A program made the position numbers and the translations under genes. Under the pieces are notes generated by a model. That model was not told the DNA's origin, did not search any database, and saw nothing but the letters and a program-made list of their open reading frames with translations. From Longivirga aurantiaca (GTDB taxonomy: Bacteria; Actinomycetota; Actinomycetes; S36-B12; CAIYMF01), in the NCBI RefSeq assembly GCF_042660085.1, contig NZ_JBHSTI010000009.1, positions 17,410 through 49,409 of the forward strand: 32,000 nt of DNA, in the 5' to 3' direction. Positions within the stretch are counted from its first letter, which is position 1, and each line of letters opens with the position of its first letter. Below, piece after piece: positions 1-8,925 of this stretch.

Positions 1-115
1 GCTCCGCGGCGATGACGATGTCGCCCTCGTTCTCACGGTCCTCGTCGTCGACGACGACGAGCATCTGTCCGCGTCGCAGTGCATCGACCGCGTCGGGGAT
101 GGTGGCGAACGTCAT
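1..115 (-). CDS. ribB: 3,4-dihydroxy-2-butanone-4-phosphate synthase (RibB or RibBA N-terminus); 5' part only, the gene runs off the left edge
   Basis: Hand translation of the minus strand from ATG (115-113) gives [38 protein letters not shown], which carries the DHBP-synthase signature [12 protein letters not shown]. It is absent from the ORF track because the window edge truncates it. Confidence 0.8.
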   Translation of the reverse strand, partial: MTFATIPDAVDALRRGQMLVVVDDEDRENEGDIVIAAE

Positions 116-160
116 GGGTCCTGCCTCTACTCGGGGTTGGGCGAGCTCGCGGGCGGCTGT

Positions 161-1015
161 TCAGCCGGTCGGTGGCGGTGGTCTCCGGGCTCGGAGGAGG
201 CCTTCCTGGGCGGTCGTCGCGACGAGCCTGCCGTCCTGGCGGTAGACCCGACCCCAGGCAATCCCCCGCCCGCCTGCGGCGCCCGGCGACACCTGGTCGT
301 GCAGGAGCCAGTCGTCCACGCGCAAGTCGTGGAGGAACCACATCGAGTGGTCCAGTGTCGCGATGACGAAGCCGTGGGGCTGTGCGTCCTCGTCGGGGAG
401 GGGCACTGCCGCGAGCATGCTGAGGTCGCTGACGTAGGCGAGGACAGCCGCGTGCAGCAGAGGGTCGTCGGGGAGCTGCGCCGCCGCCCTGACCCACACC
501 TGCAGGGAGGGGTTCTCCTCGGTCACGGCATCGTCGTCGCAGCGCATCTCCAGCGCGGACCACTCGACGTGGGCGAGCGTTCCGTACCGGGCTCGTGAGG
601 CGAGCCTGCTGTGCCAGTTCGGCAGGGACTCCGGCGGTGCGGCGATCGGCATCGGAGCCTGGTGCTCGAGCCCCTCCTCCTGGTCCTGGAACGACGACGT
701 CATCGTGCAGAGAGCTGTCCCACCCTGGATGACGGTCGTGCGACGGGTGCTGAACGCCCTGCTCTCCCGGAGGTTCTCGACCCGGAGGACCACCGGCACA
801 GCCGGGTCGCCGCCGTGCAGGAAGTTCGCGTGCAACGAGTGCACCCGACGGGTTGGGCCCACAGTGCGGCCGGCGGCCATCAGAGCCTGCGCGACGACGA
901 GCCCGCCGAACATGCGGTGGTCGGATTCGTTGACTGCACGGCTGCGGAAGTGATCGGGGTCCAACTGCTCGAGGTCGAGGACCGCCAGCAGAGGTGCGAC
1001 CGAGGGCGATGTCAT
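161..1015 (-). CDS. tesB: Acyl-CoA thioesterase II
   Basis: The 284-aa ORF is collinear with E. coli TesB as I recall it (FGG.VV.QAL, H.FL..GD, FQ...G.EHQ..MP, ATLDHSMWF, QDG.LVA...QEG). Its ATG at 1015 overlaps the upstream gene's stop in ATGA. Confidence 0.9.
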   Translation of the reverse strand: MTSPSVAPLLAVLDLEQLDPDHFRSRAVNESDHRMFGGLVVAQALMAAGRTVGPTRRVHSLHANFLHGGDPAVPVVLRVENLRESRAFSTRRTTVIQGGTALCTMTSSFQDQEEGLEHQAPMPIAAPPESLPNWHSRLASRARYGTLAHVEWSALEMRCDDDAVTEENPSLQVWVRAAAQLPDDPLLHAAVLAYVSDLSMLAAVPLPDEDAQPHGFVIATLDHSMWFLHDLRVDDWLLHDQVSPGAAGGRGIAWGRVYRQDGRLVATTAQEGLLRARRPPPPTG

Positions 1016-1668
1016 GTTCCCCCGCGATCAAGGAGCAGGGGAAGCTCCCGCATGTCCCGGAACACGATGGCACCGAGGCTGGAGAGGGCGTCGTCCTCCT
1101 GGGTGGCCCCGGTGTAGGCGAAGCAGTCCATCGCAGCTGCCCGTGCAGCGCGGACACCCGTGATGCTGTCTTCGACCACGGCGCACGAGCTCGGCAGCGC
1201 GCCGAGCGACCTCGCCGCGTGGAGGAACAGATCGGGCGCGGGCTTGGGCTGTGCGACATCGCTCGCGACGAACACGGCGTTCTCGAACCGCTCGAGAAGG
1301 TTCACACGTCGGAGGTTTCGACGGGTCGTTGCGCGATCCCCGTTGGTTGCGACGCACATCGGGACCCCGATTCGTGCGAGCGCCTCGCTCACGCCGTCCA
1401 CTGCATGGAGGCGGGAGTCGAATGCCGCCTCGCAGCGGGAACGGAGCTCCTCCGCCCACCCCTGCTCGAGCCGATCGCCTAGCTCGTCCCGCACACCCGC
1501 CTGCCACTGGGTCGGGGTGCAACCGGAGAACCGGCGGCGCAGCTCGTCGGCCTCGACCTCCCAGCCGAGGGCCCGGAACATCTCGGCGCTGACCTCGGCG
1601 GCCAGCCGCTCGCTGTCCACGAGGACTCCGTCGCAGTCGAGGATGACGAGTGTGTACGGCGTGGGCAT
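1012..1668 (-). CDS. HAD-superfamily hydrolase (subfamily IA, phosphatase/beta-phosphoglucomutase-like)
   Basis: Taken from ORF 1012..1926, trimmed to the ATG at 1668 (MPTPYTLVILDCDGVLVDSE). HAD motif I is DCDGVL, motif II is ATNG and motif IV is VVEDSITG. The upstream 86 codons are Arg/Pro/Gly-rich and look like noise. Confidence 0.85.
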   Translation of the reverse strand: MPTPYTLVILDCDGVLVDSERLAAEVSAEMFRALGWEVEADELRRRFSGCTPTQWQAGVRDELGDRLEQGWAEELRSRCEAAFDSRLHAVDGVSEALARIGVPMCVATNGDRATTRRNLRRVNLLERFENAVFVASDVAQPKPAPDLFLHAARSLGALPSSCAVVEDSITGVRAARAAAMDCFAYTGATQEDDALSSLGAIVFRDMRELPLLLDRGGT

Positions 1669-1691
1669 GAGTCGGTGGCTCGGAGCGGCGG

Positions 1692-1883
1692 TCAGGAGAG
1701 CAGGCTGATGGCGAGCCGTGGGCAGGAGTCGATCGCGAGCGTGACGTCCTCCTCGAGCTCGAGGGGGACGTCGGCCGCCACTGCCTGGGTCGTGCCGTCG
1801 CCCGCCAGCACGAAGACGTCGGGGACCAGTCCACGGCAGACCCCGGCGGACTCGCAGAACTCCTGGTTCACGGTGGCACGCAC
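1692..1883 (-). CDS. Small single-cluster (3Fe-4S type) ferredoxin, probable P450 redox partner
   Basis: Three Cys in the pattern C-x5-C ... CP (VRATVNQEFCESAGVC ... IDSCPRLAI), typical of actinobacterial P450-linked ferredoxins. I prefer the GTG at 1883, which is preceded by GGGAG plus a 5-nt spacer. The ORF track extends to a TTG at 1895. Confidence 0.8.
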   Translation of the reverse strand: MRATVNQEFCESAGVCRGLVPDVFVLAGDGTTQAVAADVPLELEEDVTLAIDSCPRLAISLLS

Positions 1884-1924
1884 GAGGGCTCCCAAGGATG
1901 TGGTTCACTGCGGTCAGTGTAGCC

Positions 1925-1964
1925 AACCAAGCGCTTGACAGACAATGGCGGGCCCGCCTAGTTT
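1925..1964 (+). promoter_or_regulatory. Operator/promoter site A: AACCAAGCGCTTGACA (palindrome core 1928-1937), -35 TTGACA 1935-1940, 18-nt spacer, -10 TAGTTT 1959-1964; faces the P450 operon and lies 45 nt upstream of the divergent ferredoxin start
   Basis: Read directly from the sequence. The same operator and spacing recur at 6616, 14529(-) and 27549. A minus-strand TACACT (1921-1916) is a possible -10 for the ferredoxin unit, with the palindrome in its spacer. Confidence 0.65.
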
Positions 1965-2072
1965 GCTCGCGACCGGGGTATCCCGGCGAGGGCGCCCTGA
2001 CGCTCCGCCCGGGCGGCCTGACGTCGACCGCCGCGTCGCATGCGTGGGGGCCCGGCCTCGACGAGGAGCGAC

Positions 2073-3323
2073 ATGTCTGGCGAATGCCCAGTCCGGCACG
2101 ACTTCCAGATGCTCGAGCAGTCGTTCGTGAAGGACCCGTACGCGACCTGCCCCGCCGTCCAGGAGTCGCCGGTCTTCTGGTCCTCCGACCTCGGCTGCTA
2201 CGTGGTGACGCGCTACGACGACGTGCAGCGGGTGCTGTCCGACCACGAGCTGTTCTCGAACGCGGCGACCAATGTGCCGGTGACCCCCATCAACGAGGAG
2301 GCGCAGCGGGTTCTCGACGAGAGCGAGGTGTGGTTCCGGCCCAACCTCACCAACGCGGACGCGCCGCGGCACACGATGGTCCGGCGCTGGGTGGCCGACG
2401 CGATGAGCCCTCGGCGGATCCGCGCCCTCGAGCCGGGCGTGCGCGCCTGGGCGTCCACCAAGGTGGACGAGATGGTGGCCAAGGGCCGCGCCGACATCTA
2501 CGCCGAGCTCTGCTTCCCGCTCCCGGCCATCACCGGCTTCACCCTCCTCGGGTTCCCGCCGGAGGACGTCGAGCAGCTCAAGTCCTGGTGCGACCGGCGG
2601 GTCGTGCTCACATACGGACGCGCGACGGGCGCCGAGCAGGTCGAGGTTGCTGAGAACGTGGCCGCCTTCTGGCGCTACACGAACGAGTTCGCCCAGTCGC
2701 GGATCGACGATCCCCGCGACGACCTCACGAGCGACATCATCAAGCACCACCTCGCCGACCCCGAGGAGTTCTCGCTGCGCGATGTGTCGGCCGTCCTGTT
2801 CGGGCTGTCGATCGCGGCGCACGAGACCACCACCAACCTGATGACCAACGGCGTCCGTCAGCTGCTCGCGCACCGCGAGCAGTGGGAGGCGCTGGTCGCC
2901 GACCCGACGCTGATCCCCAACACGATCGAGGAGTGCCTCCGATTCGACGGGCCCGTCATCGCGTGGCGGCGGCGCGCGACGGCCGACGTCGACGTCTCAG
3001 GGACGGTCATCCCCAAGGACTCGGTCGTCCTGATGCTGCTCTACTCGGCGAACCACGACCCGCGCCGCTTCGACGACGCCGGCAGCTTCGACATCCGCCG
3101 CCCCGAGGCCCGTTACCACCTGACGTTCGGCAAGGGCACCCACTTCTGCGCCGGCGCGCCGATGGCCCGCATGGAGATGAAGATCCTGCTCGAGAACCTG
3201 ATCGAGAAGGCTCCCGGGATGCGGCTGGTCGAGGATCAGGCGCTGGAGTTCATCCCCAACATCTCCCAGCGGGGCCCGCACGGCCTCGTCGTCGACTTCG
3301 AACCGGCCCTCACCCACGCCTGA
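2073..3323 (+). CDS. Cytochrome P450 monooxygenase
   Basis: Heme-thiolate loop [15 protein letters not shown]-helix AAHETTT, K-helix EECLR. The start ATG at 2073 ([11 protein letters not shown]) is preceded by GAGGAG. The P450 family cannot be assigned by eye. Confidence 0.93.
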   Translation: MSGECPVRHDFQMLEQSFVKDPYATCPAVQESPVFWSSDLGCYVVTRYDDVQRVLSDHELFSNAATNVPVTPINEEAQRVLDESEVWFRPNLTNADAPRHTMVRRWVADAMSPRRIRALEPGVRAWASTKVDEMVAKGRADIYAELCFPLPAITGFTLLGFPPEDVEQLKSWCDRRVVLTYGRATGAEQVEVAENVAAFWRYTNEFAQSRIDDPRDDLTSDIIKHHLADPEEFSLRDVSAVLFGLSIAAHETTTNLMTNGVRQLLAHREQWEALVADPTLIPNTIEECLRFDGPVIAWRRRATADVDVSGTVIPKDSVVLMLLYSANHDPRRFDDAGSFDIRRPEARYHLTFGKGTHFCAGAPMARMEMKILLENLIEKAPGMRLVEDQALEFIPNISQRGPHGLVVDFEPALTHA

Positions 3324-3379
3324 TCCGGTGGCCGGCGCCGCCGCGCGTCACCGTCGTACCTCACCTGGAGCCCTCACCC

Positions 3380-4579
3380 ATGCGCGAAGCAGCAGTCATC
3401 TCCACCGCCCGCACGCCCATCGGCAAGGCGTATCGCGGTGCCTTCAACGACACGCAGGGCCAGGCGCTGGCGGCGCATGCCATCGCGCACGCGGTGGCGC
3501 GAGCCGGCATCGACCCGGCTGAGATCGAGGATGTGGTTCTCGGCTGCGCACTTCCGGAGGGTTCCACGGGGCTCAACGTCGCGCGGCAGGGAGCCATCCG
3601 CGCGGGCCTGCCGGTGACCGTGTCGGGGATGACGATGGACCGGCAGTGCTCGTCGGGCCTCATGGCCATCGCGACGGCGGCCAAGCAGATCGTGGTGGAC
3701 GGCGTGCGTGTGGCCGTCGGCGGCGGTGTCGAGTCGGTCTCCCTCGTCCAGAACGAGCACCAGAACAAGTTCCGCATGCAGGACCCCTGGCTGGACGAGC
3801 ACCGACCCGACATCTACATGCCGATGCTGTACACCGCGGAGATCGTGGCCGAGCGGTACGGCGTCACCCGTGAGATGCAGGACGAGTTCAGCGCGCAGTC
3901 ACAGCAGCGGGCGGCTGCCGCCGCGGCCCGCGGAGTGTTCGACGACGAGATCGTGCCGATCACCGTGACCAAGCTCGTGCGCGACAAGGCCACCGGAGAG
4001 ACGAGCGCGGTCGAGGTGACCCTGTCGCAGGACGAGGGCATCCGCGGCGAGACCACCGTCGAGACCCTGTCGGCGCTGCGGCCGGTGCTCCCCGACGGTG
4101 CGGCGTCGCAGGTGTCGACCGTGACGGCCGGCAACGCCTCGCAGCTCTCGGACGGGGCGGCGGCGGTGGTCCTCATGGAGGCGCAGGAGGCGTCCAGCCG
4201 GGGCATCACCCCGCTCGGCTTCTACCGGGGCATCGCCGTCACGGGCTGCGCACCCGACGAGATGGGGATCGGGCCCGTGACGGCCATCCCCAAGCTCCTG
4301 GCGCAGCACAGCCTGAAGATCGAGGACATCGGGGTCTGGGAGCTCAACGAGGCGTTCGCGTCGCAGGCCCTCTACTGCCGCGACTTCCTGGGCATCGACC
4401 CCGAGCTGTTCAACCCCAACGGCGGCGGGATCGCCGTCGGCCACCCCTATGGCATGACCGGCGCCCGGCTGGTCGGGCACGCGCTCCTGGAGGGGAAGCG
4501 CCGCGGCGCCCGCTACGTCGTCATCTCGATGTGCGTCGGCGGCGGCATGGGTGCTGCCGGCCTGTTCGAGGTGGCCTGA
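3380..4579 (+). CDS. Acetyl-CoA C-acyltransferase (degradative thiolase, FadA-like)
   Basis: [23 protein letters not shown]-terminus, active-site Cys in DRQCSSGL, then [15 protein letters not shown] and [14 protein letters not shown]. Trimmed from ORF 2882..4579, whose 5' extension overlaps the P450 gene. Confidence 0.93.
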   Translation: MREAAVISTARTPIGKAYRGAFNDTQGQALAAHAIAHAVARAGIDPAEIEDVVLGCALPEGSTGLNVARQGAIRAGLPVTVSGMTMDRQCSSGLMAIATAAKQIVVDGVRVAVGGGVESVSLVQNEHQNKFRMQDPWLDEHRPDIYMPMLYTAEIVAERYGVTREMQDEFSAQSQQRAAAAAARGVFDDEIVPITVTKLVRDKATGETSAVEVTLSQDEGIRGETTVETLSALRPVLPDGAASQVSTVTAGNASQLSDGAAAVVLMEAQEASSRGITPLGFYRGIAVTGCAPDEMGIGPVTAIPKLLAQHSLKIEDIGVWELNEAFASQALYCRDFLGIDPELFNPNGGGIAVGHPYGMTGARLVGHALLEGKRRGARYVVISMCVGGGMGAAGLFEVA

Positions 4580-4629
4580 CCCGCGATGTCGACCGGCAGC
4601 AACCACGAGCGGAACCGGAGGACGGCGAG

Positions 4630-5316
4630 GTGAGCGCGAGCCGATCGGTGCCGTCGGTCGGAGTGCGCGGCGTGGTCTTCGACTACGGCGGCGTCCTCAC
4701 CACACCGGTCGGCGACTCCATCCGTGCCTGGCTCGCGCGGGCGGCGATCGAGCCGTCCAGCTTCTCCCGGACGCTGAAGGAGTGGCTGTCGAGGGATGCG
4801 CCGTCAGGGACCCCGGTGCACAGGCTCGAGACCGGCGCGCTCAGCGTGGACGAGTTCAACGTCCTGCTCGCCGAGCGCCTGGTCCGTCTGGACGGTAGCC
4901 CCGTGGAGCCCGACGGGCTGCTGAAGGGCCTGTTCGCCGACGTGCGTCCCGACCCGGCCATGATCGGCCTGGTCGAGCGACTGTCGGCGAACGGCGTCGA
5001 GGTGGCGCTTCTGTCGAACAGCTGGGGGAGCGACGACTACCCCTGGGACGTCGTCGACCGGCTCTTCCGCACGACCGTCATCTCCGGCCGCGACGGCGTG
5101 CGCAAGCCGGATCGCGAGTCCTTCGCACTGGTGCTCGACAGGATGGGTCTCGGCGCCGACGTCACTGTCTTCGTCGACGACGCCGAGCCCAACGTCCTCG
5201 GTGCCCGCAGGGTGGGCATGCGCGCCATCCACCATGTCGACGCCGCGTCGACACGTGCCGAGCTCGAGGAACTCATCCCTGCACTGACCGTCGACCTCAC
5301 CGAGGAGAGCACGTGA
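4630..5316 (+). CDS. HAD-superfamily hydrolase (epoxide-hydrolase-N-terminal-like phosphatase subgroup)
   Basis: Motif I variant VVFDYGGVLT, then LLSNS and FVDDAEPNV. GTG at 4630 is preceded by GGAGGA. The stop overlaps the next gene's GTG (GTGA). Confidence 0.8.
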   Translation: MSASRSVPSVGVRGVVFDYGGVLTTPVGDSIRAWLARAAIEPSSFSRTLKEWLSRDAPSGTPVHRLETGALSVDEFNVLLAERLVRLDGSPVEPDGLLKGLFADVRPDPAMIGLVERLSANGVEVALLSNSWGSDDYPWDVVDRLFRTTVISGRDGVRKPDRESFALVLDRMGLGADVTVFVDDAEPNVLGARRVGMRAIHHVDAASTRAELEELIPALTVDLTEEST

Positions 5317-6083
5317 CCGCCGCTGCCAGCCCTGCGACCCGCACAGCGATCGTGACCGGGGGTGCCCGAGGGATCGGTGCGGCCATCTCGCGCCGGCTCG
5401 CGGCCGACGGCCTCGCCGTGGCCGTGGTCGATCTGGATGAGAGCAGCTGCACGACCACGCTGGAGGCGATCCGCGCGGACGGTGGCACGGCTCTCGCCGT
5501 CGGCGCGGACGTCGCCGACGAGGCGAGCGTCGAGGCGGCCGTCGCGACGGTGGCCGACGAGCTCGGCGCGCCGTCCGTGCTGGTCAACAACGCCGGCATC
5601 ACGCGGGACAACCTGCTCTTCAAGATGACCGTGGACGACTGGGACAGCGTGATGGCCGTGCACCTGCGGGGCACCTTCCTCATGTCCCGCGCCGCGCAGA
5701 AGCACATGGTCGCGGCGGGCTTCGGTCGCATCGTGAACCTGTCGAGCGTGTCGGCCCTCGGCAACCGCGGCCAGGCCAACTACGCGGCGGCCAAGGCCGG
5801 GATCCAGGGCATCACCAAGACGCTCGCCATCGAGCTCGGCCGGTACGGCGTGACGGCGAACGCGATCGCGCCCGGATTCATCGAGACGGAGATGACGGCC
5901 GCGACCGCGGCGCGCATGGGGATGGACTTCGAGGAGGCCAAGCGCCTCGGTGCGGAGCAGATCCCCGTAGGTCGGGTCGGCCAGCCCGAGGACATCGCGC
6001 ACCTGGTGTCCTATCTCGTCAGCGAGGGTGCCGGCTTCGTCTCCGGACAGGTCATCTACGCCGCCGGAGGCCCGAAGACCTGA
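5313..6083 (+). CDS. SDR, 3-oxoacyl-ACP/CoA reductase (FabG-like)
   Basis: TGGARGIGAA, NNAG, NLSS and YAAAKAG (complete Ser-Tyr-Lys set). C-terminal GQVIYAAGG. Confidence 0.9.
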   Translation: MTAAASPATRTAIVTGGARGIGAAISRRLAADGLAVAVVDLDESSCTTTLEAIRADGGTALAVGADVADEASVEAAVATVADELGAPSVLVNNAGITRDNLLFKMTVDDWDSVMAVHLRGTFLMSRAAQKHMVAAGFGRIVNLSSVSALGNRGQANYAAAKAGIQGITKTLAIELGRYGVTANAIAPGFIETEMTAATAARMGMDFEEAKRLGAEQIPVGRVGQPEDIAHLVSYLVSEGAGFVSGQVIYAAGGPKT

Positions 6084-6116
6084 CCCGGCGCCGCCCCTTT
6101 CCACGAGGAGTTCCCC

Positions 6117-6572
6117 ATGCGCGTGTTCCGTACGTTCGACGAGCTCTCCGCCTCGGTGGGCGAGGTGCTCGGCAGCAGCTCCTGGCTCCTGGTGGACCAG
6201 GCGCGCGTCGATGCATTCGCCGAGTGCACCGGCGACCACCAGTGGATCCACGTCGATGTCGCGCGGAGCGAGGCCGGCCCGTTCGGAGGCACCATCGCGC
6301 ACGGCTTCCTGACCCTCTCGCTGATCCCGGCGCTGCAGGCCGAGGTCTTCGTGCTCGAGACCCCCGGGCCGAAGCTCAACTACGGCGTGAACAAGCTGCG
6401 CTTCCCGGCCCCGCTGCTCGTGGGGCGACGCGTGCGCGACACGTGCACGTTGCTCGAGGTCACCGAGCTTCCCGCCGGCCGCCAGGTCGTCGTGCGCCAC
6501 GTCGTGGAGATCGAGGGCGAGGGCAAGCCGGCGCTGGTCGCCGACGCCGTCGCGCTGCTCCTCAACGTCTGA
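6117..6572 (+). CDS. MaoC-like (R)-specific enoyl-CoA hydratase / dehydratase
   Basis: 151-aa single hot-dog protein with FAECTGDHQWIHVD ... GGTIAHGFLTLS, the hydratase-2 motif region. Confidence 0.85.
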   Translation: MRVFRTFDELSASVGEVLGSSSWLLVDQARVDAFAECTGDHQWIHVDVARSEAGPFGGTIAHGFLTLSLIPALQAEVFVLETPGPKLNYGVNKLRFPAPLLVGRRVRDTCTLLEVTELPAGRQVVVRHVVEIEGEGKPALVADAVALLLNV

Positions 6573-6615
6573 GAACCTCGACGCACGGCCGCCCAGGGCC
6601 CTCGGTCACTTGTTC

Positions 6616-6655
6616 TACCAAGCGCTTGACAGAGTGATTCGCGTCGCACTAACGT
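6616..6655 (+). promoter_or_regulatory. Operator/promoter site B: TACCAAGCGCTTGACA (core 6619-6628), -35 TTGACA 6626-6631, 18-nt spacer, -10 TAACGT 6650-6655; drives the monooxygenase operon
   Basis: Read directly. The 16-mer is identical to the reverse complement of 14514-14529. The -10 context CACTAACGTCCGGG (6647-6660) closely matches CACTAGCGTCCGAG at 27570-27583. Confidence 0.7.
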
Positions 6656-6736
6656 CCGGGCCAAGGTCGAGTCCGGGCTCGCGAAGCTGTCCCGGCCGCC
6701 GTGCGCTGCACTGCGGCCCCATCGAACGAGGAGACT

Positions 6737-7945
6737 GTGGTGACGACGTACGCCGGCGAGGACCAGCAGACCAAGCGTCTCGAGACTGCCCGCGAGATCG
6801 GACACGTGCTCAACCGTGAGGCCGAGGCGGGCACGGAGGCCGGTCAGATCACTGACGCGGTCGTGCAGGCGATCCTCAGCTCCGGGCTGCTGAGCATCGG
6901 CGTCGCCCAGGCTGTCGGTGGCGAGCAGTGCTCGTACGCCGAGTGGGCCGCTGTGCTGGAGGAGCTCTCCCGCGCCGACGGGTCGGCCGGGTGGAGCTTC
7001 ATGGCCACCAGCAGCCACGCTGCGGCCTTCAGCTCCGTGCTCCCGGACGCCGGGGTGCAGAGCTACTACGCAGGCGGTCGCCCGCCCGTGATCGCCGGCA
7101 TGCCCGCGCCCCGCGGACGCGCCGAGCGGGTCGAGGGCGGCTACATGTTCACGGGCAAGCACCAGTTCGCCTCCGGATCCGCCCTCGCCGACCACTTCGT
7201 CGGCGGCGGCGTCGTGTTCGGCGCGGACGGCGAGCCGATCATGGCCGACAACGGCGTCCCGGAGATGGTCGCGGTGATCATCCCTCGCGACAAGGTTCGT
7301 CTCATGGGCAACTGGAACGTCACCGGCCTCGAGGGCACGGCCAGCATCGACTTCGAGATCGGACCGATCTTCGTCGAGGAGGACAAGGTCGTCCACGTCA
7401 ACCCGTGGCCGACCACCGTCTACCGCGGTACCTCGTTCTGGGCGCTGGGAGTTGAGATCCTCGGCCCATTGGGCCACTGCGCGCCCGCGCTCGGCGTCTC
7501 CAAGCGAGCGCTCCAGGAGGTGGCCGCCCTGGCTCCCACGCGCAAGCGCGTGGACGCGGCCTTCCCGACGGTCGGCGACCAGCCGCTGTTCCGTCACGAC
7601 CTGGTCGCCCGCTGGGCGGACTGGCAGGCCACCCACCTCCTGTGGGACGACCTGCTCGTGCGCCTCGACGACTGGACCGCCAACAACGACGCGCAGCCTC
7701 CGCGCGAGCTGGTCGACCGGGCCAAGTACGTCGCCCGGCACATCCACGACACCGCTCTCAAGTGCGTCGACTTCGCCTACCACTGGTCGGGCACGGTCGG
7801 TCTTCGCTCGGAGGGCGTGGTCGGCCGCTGCTTCCGCAACGTCCACGCCATGGACGTGCACATCGCCGTGGACCGCAACAACTACGTCGTCGCCGCGGAC
7901 AGCGTGATGCCCCTCCTGGGCGAGGGCGCGCACGACTTCGACTAG
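6737..7945 (+). CDS. ACAD-fold flavin-dependent monooxygenase, oxygenase component (HsaA/DszC/HpaH-like group D)
   Basis: ACAD-like fold without acyl-CoA dehydrogenase motifs (GWSFMATSSH, NWNVTGLEGTASIDF, C-terminal FRNVHAMDVH). A flavin reductase lies in the same operon. The start GTG at 6737 is preceded by GAGGAG; the ORF track begins at 6701. Confidence 0.75.
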   Translation: MVTTYAGEDQQTKRLETAREIGHVLNREAEAGTEAGQITDAVVQAILSSGLLSIGVAQAVGGEQCSYAEWAAVLEELSRADGSAGWSFMATSSHAAAFSSVLPDAGVQSYYAGGRPPVIAGMPAPRGRAERVEGGYMFTGKHQFASGSALADHFVGGGVVFGADGEPIMADNGVPEMVAVIIPRDKVRLMGNWNVTGLEGTASIDFEIGPIFVEEDKVVHVNPWPTTVYRGTSFWALGVEILGPLGHCAPALGVSKRALQEVAALAPTRKRVDAAFPTVGDQPLFRHDLVARWADWQATHLLWDDLLVRLDDWTANNDAQPPRELVDRAKYVARHIHDTALKCVDFAYHWSGTVGLRSEGVVGRCFRNVHAMDVHIAVDRNNYVVAADSVMPLLGEGAHDFD

Positions 7946-7991
7946 CACCCGGCCGTCGACGTCCCACGTCGTCGTACCTCATCAAGGCAGC

Positions 7992-8030
7992 GAGGCGGTC
8001 GCGCGGCTCACGCAGACGTGCGGCCGCCTC
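7992..8030 (+). terminator. GC-rich hairpin (11-bp stem with one G-U, 17-nt loop) between the monooxygenase and MBL genes; possible attenuator or processing site
   Basis: GAGGCGGTCGC (7992-8002) pairs with GCGGCCGCCTC (8020-8030). There is no clear U-tract. Confidence 0.25.
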
Positions 8031-8058
8031 GGGCATCTTCCGGGCGAGAGGGCATCAC

Positions 8059-8916
8059 ATGAAGATCGGCAACGCCAGCATCGACGCCGTCCTCGACGGC
8101 GAGTTCGCGCTCGACCGATCGATCCCCTACCCCGGCATCGATCCCGATCGCTGGACCGGGTACGAGTCGTTGCTGCGCGACGGGACGCAGGTCGTCAACC
8201 AGCTCGGCGGCTACCTCGTCCGCACCGACGACCACATTGCTCTCGTCGATCTCGGCTTCGGCCCCACGCAGGTGCCCACCTGGACCTCGGGCAAGTTCCT
8301 GGACTCGCTGGCAGCGCTCGGAGTCAAGCCCGAGGACGTCACCGAGGTCTTCCTGACCCACCTGCACTTCGACCACATCGGGTGGGCCGCGGTCAACGGC
8401 GACCCGGTGTTCCCCAATGCGACGCACCGCTGCCACGCCCGGGACTGGGAGTACTTCACGGGGCCCGACTTCGAGGACAACCCGATGATGTTCGGGCCGG
8501 AAGCAGGCCTCGACCAGTGGCCCCAGGACATGCTGACGCGGGACAAGCTAGGTGCCATCGAGCACCTGCTCGAGCGCTGGGACGGCACGGCGGAGCTCGC
8601 CCACGGCATCAGCGTCATCGAGTACCCCGGTCACACGCCCGGCACCACAGCCATCAAAGTCACTGCTCAGGGCGAGTCCGCCATGCTCATCGGTGACATC
8701 GCCCATCACCAGGCCGAGCTGGTCGAGCCCGACTTCCACTTCATCGTGGACATGTCGCCGGAGGAGTCCGCAGCGTCGCAGAGCTCGCTCCTGGTCCAGC
8801 TCGAGCAGACCGGGATGCCCGTCGCGGGCGCACACTTCCAGGACTTCCAGTGGGGTCGCGTCGTTCGCGGCGGAACCGGCTATGCCTGGGCGCCCATCGA
8901 CGCTGCGTCAGCCTGA
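8059..8916 (+). CDS. MBL-fold metallo-hydrolase, lactonase-like (AiiA-type HLHFDH motif)
   Basis: A complete binuclear-metal ligand set: THLHFDHIGW, YPGHTPG, IGDIAHH. ATG at 8059 (MKIGNASIDAV), trimmed from ORF 7642..8916. Confidence 0.85.
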   Translation: MKIGNASIDAVLDGEFALDRSIPYPGIDPDRWTGYESLLRDGTQVVNQLGGYLVRTDDHIALVDLGFGPTQVPTWTSGKFLDSLAALGVKPEDVTEVFLTHLHFDHIGWAAVNGDPVFPNATHRCHARDWEYFTGPDFEDNPMMFGPEAGLDQWPQDMLTRDKLGAIEHLLERWDGTAELAHGISVIEYPGHTPGTTAIKVTAQGESAMLIGDIAHHQAELVEPDFHFIVDMSPEESAASQSSLLVQLEQTGMPVAGAHFQDFQWGRVVRGGTGYAWAPIDAASA

Positions 8917-8925
8917 TAGCGGAGG

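Noticed and set aside
33-1259. Long antisense or off-frame ORFs throughout the window (for example 33..1259-, 5037..6500-, 6380..7948-, 9660..11078-, 11540..13228-, 19583..21646-, 24408..25652-, 24458..26131+, 25636..26970+, 18141..19115+)
   Set aside because: All are low-complexity R/P/G/A-rich translations lying opposite or out of frame to ORFs that carry clear enzyme family signatures. This is a typical high-GC artefact.
2005-2016. Perfect 12-nt GC palindrome CCGCCCGGGCGG in the P450 5' leader
   Set aside because: Short all-GC palindromes are expected frequently at this base composition. It is not repeated at the other promoters and has no loop for an RNA hairpin.
2882-3379. Long N-terminal extensions of real genes in the ORF track that could suggest fusion proteins (thiolase 2882.., SDR to 14813, oxidoreductase to 16926, ACAD to 25125, CoA ligase to 28113, kinase from 29175, MBL from 7642)
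   Set aside because: The extensions are compositionally noise-like and overlap neighbouring genes or intergenic promoters. In each case an internal start codon with a Shine-Dalgarno-like GGAGG/AGGAG at 5-9 nt coincides with the family-typical N-terminus.
7543-7552. Other near-matches to the palindrome inside genes (CAAGCGCGTG at 7543-7552; CAAGCGCCTC at 5939-5948)
   Set aside because: They have one or two core mismatches, no conserved flanks and no associated -35/-10 geometry, and they lie deep inside coding regions. Chance occurrences are likely in GC-rich DNA.
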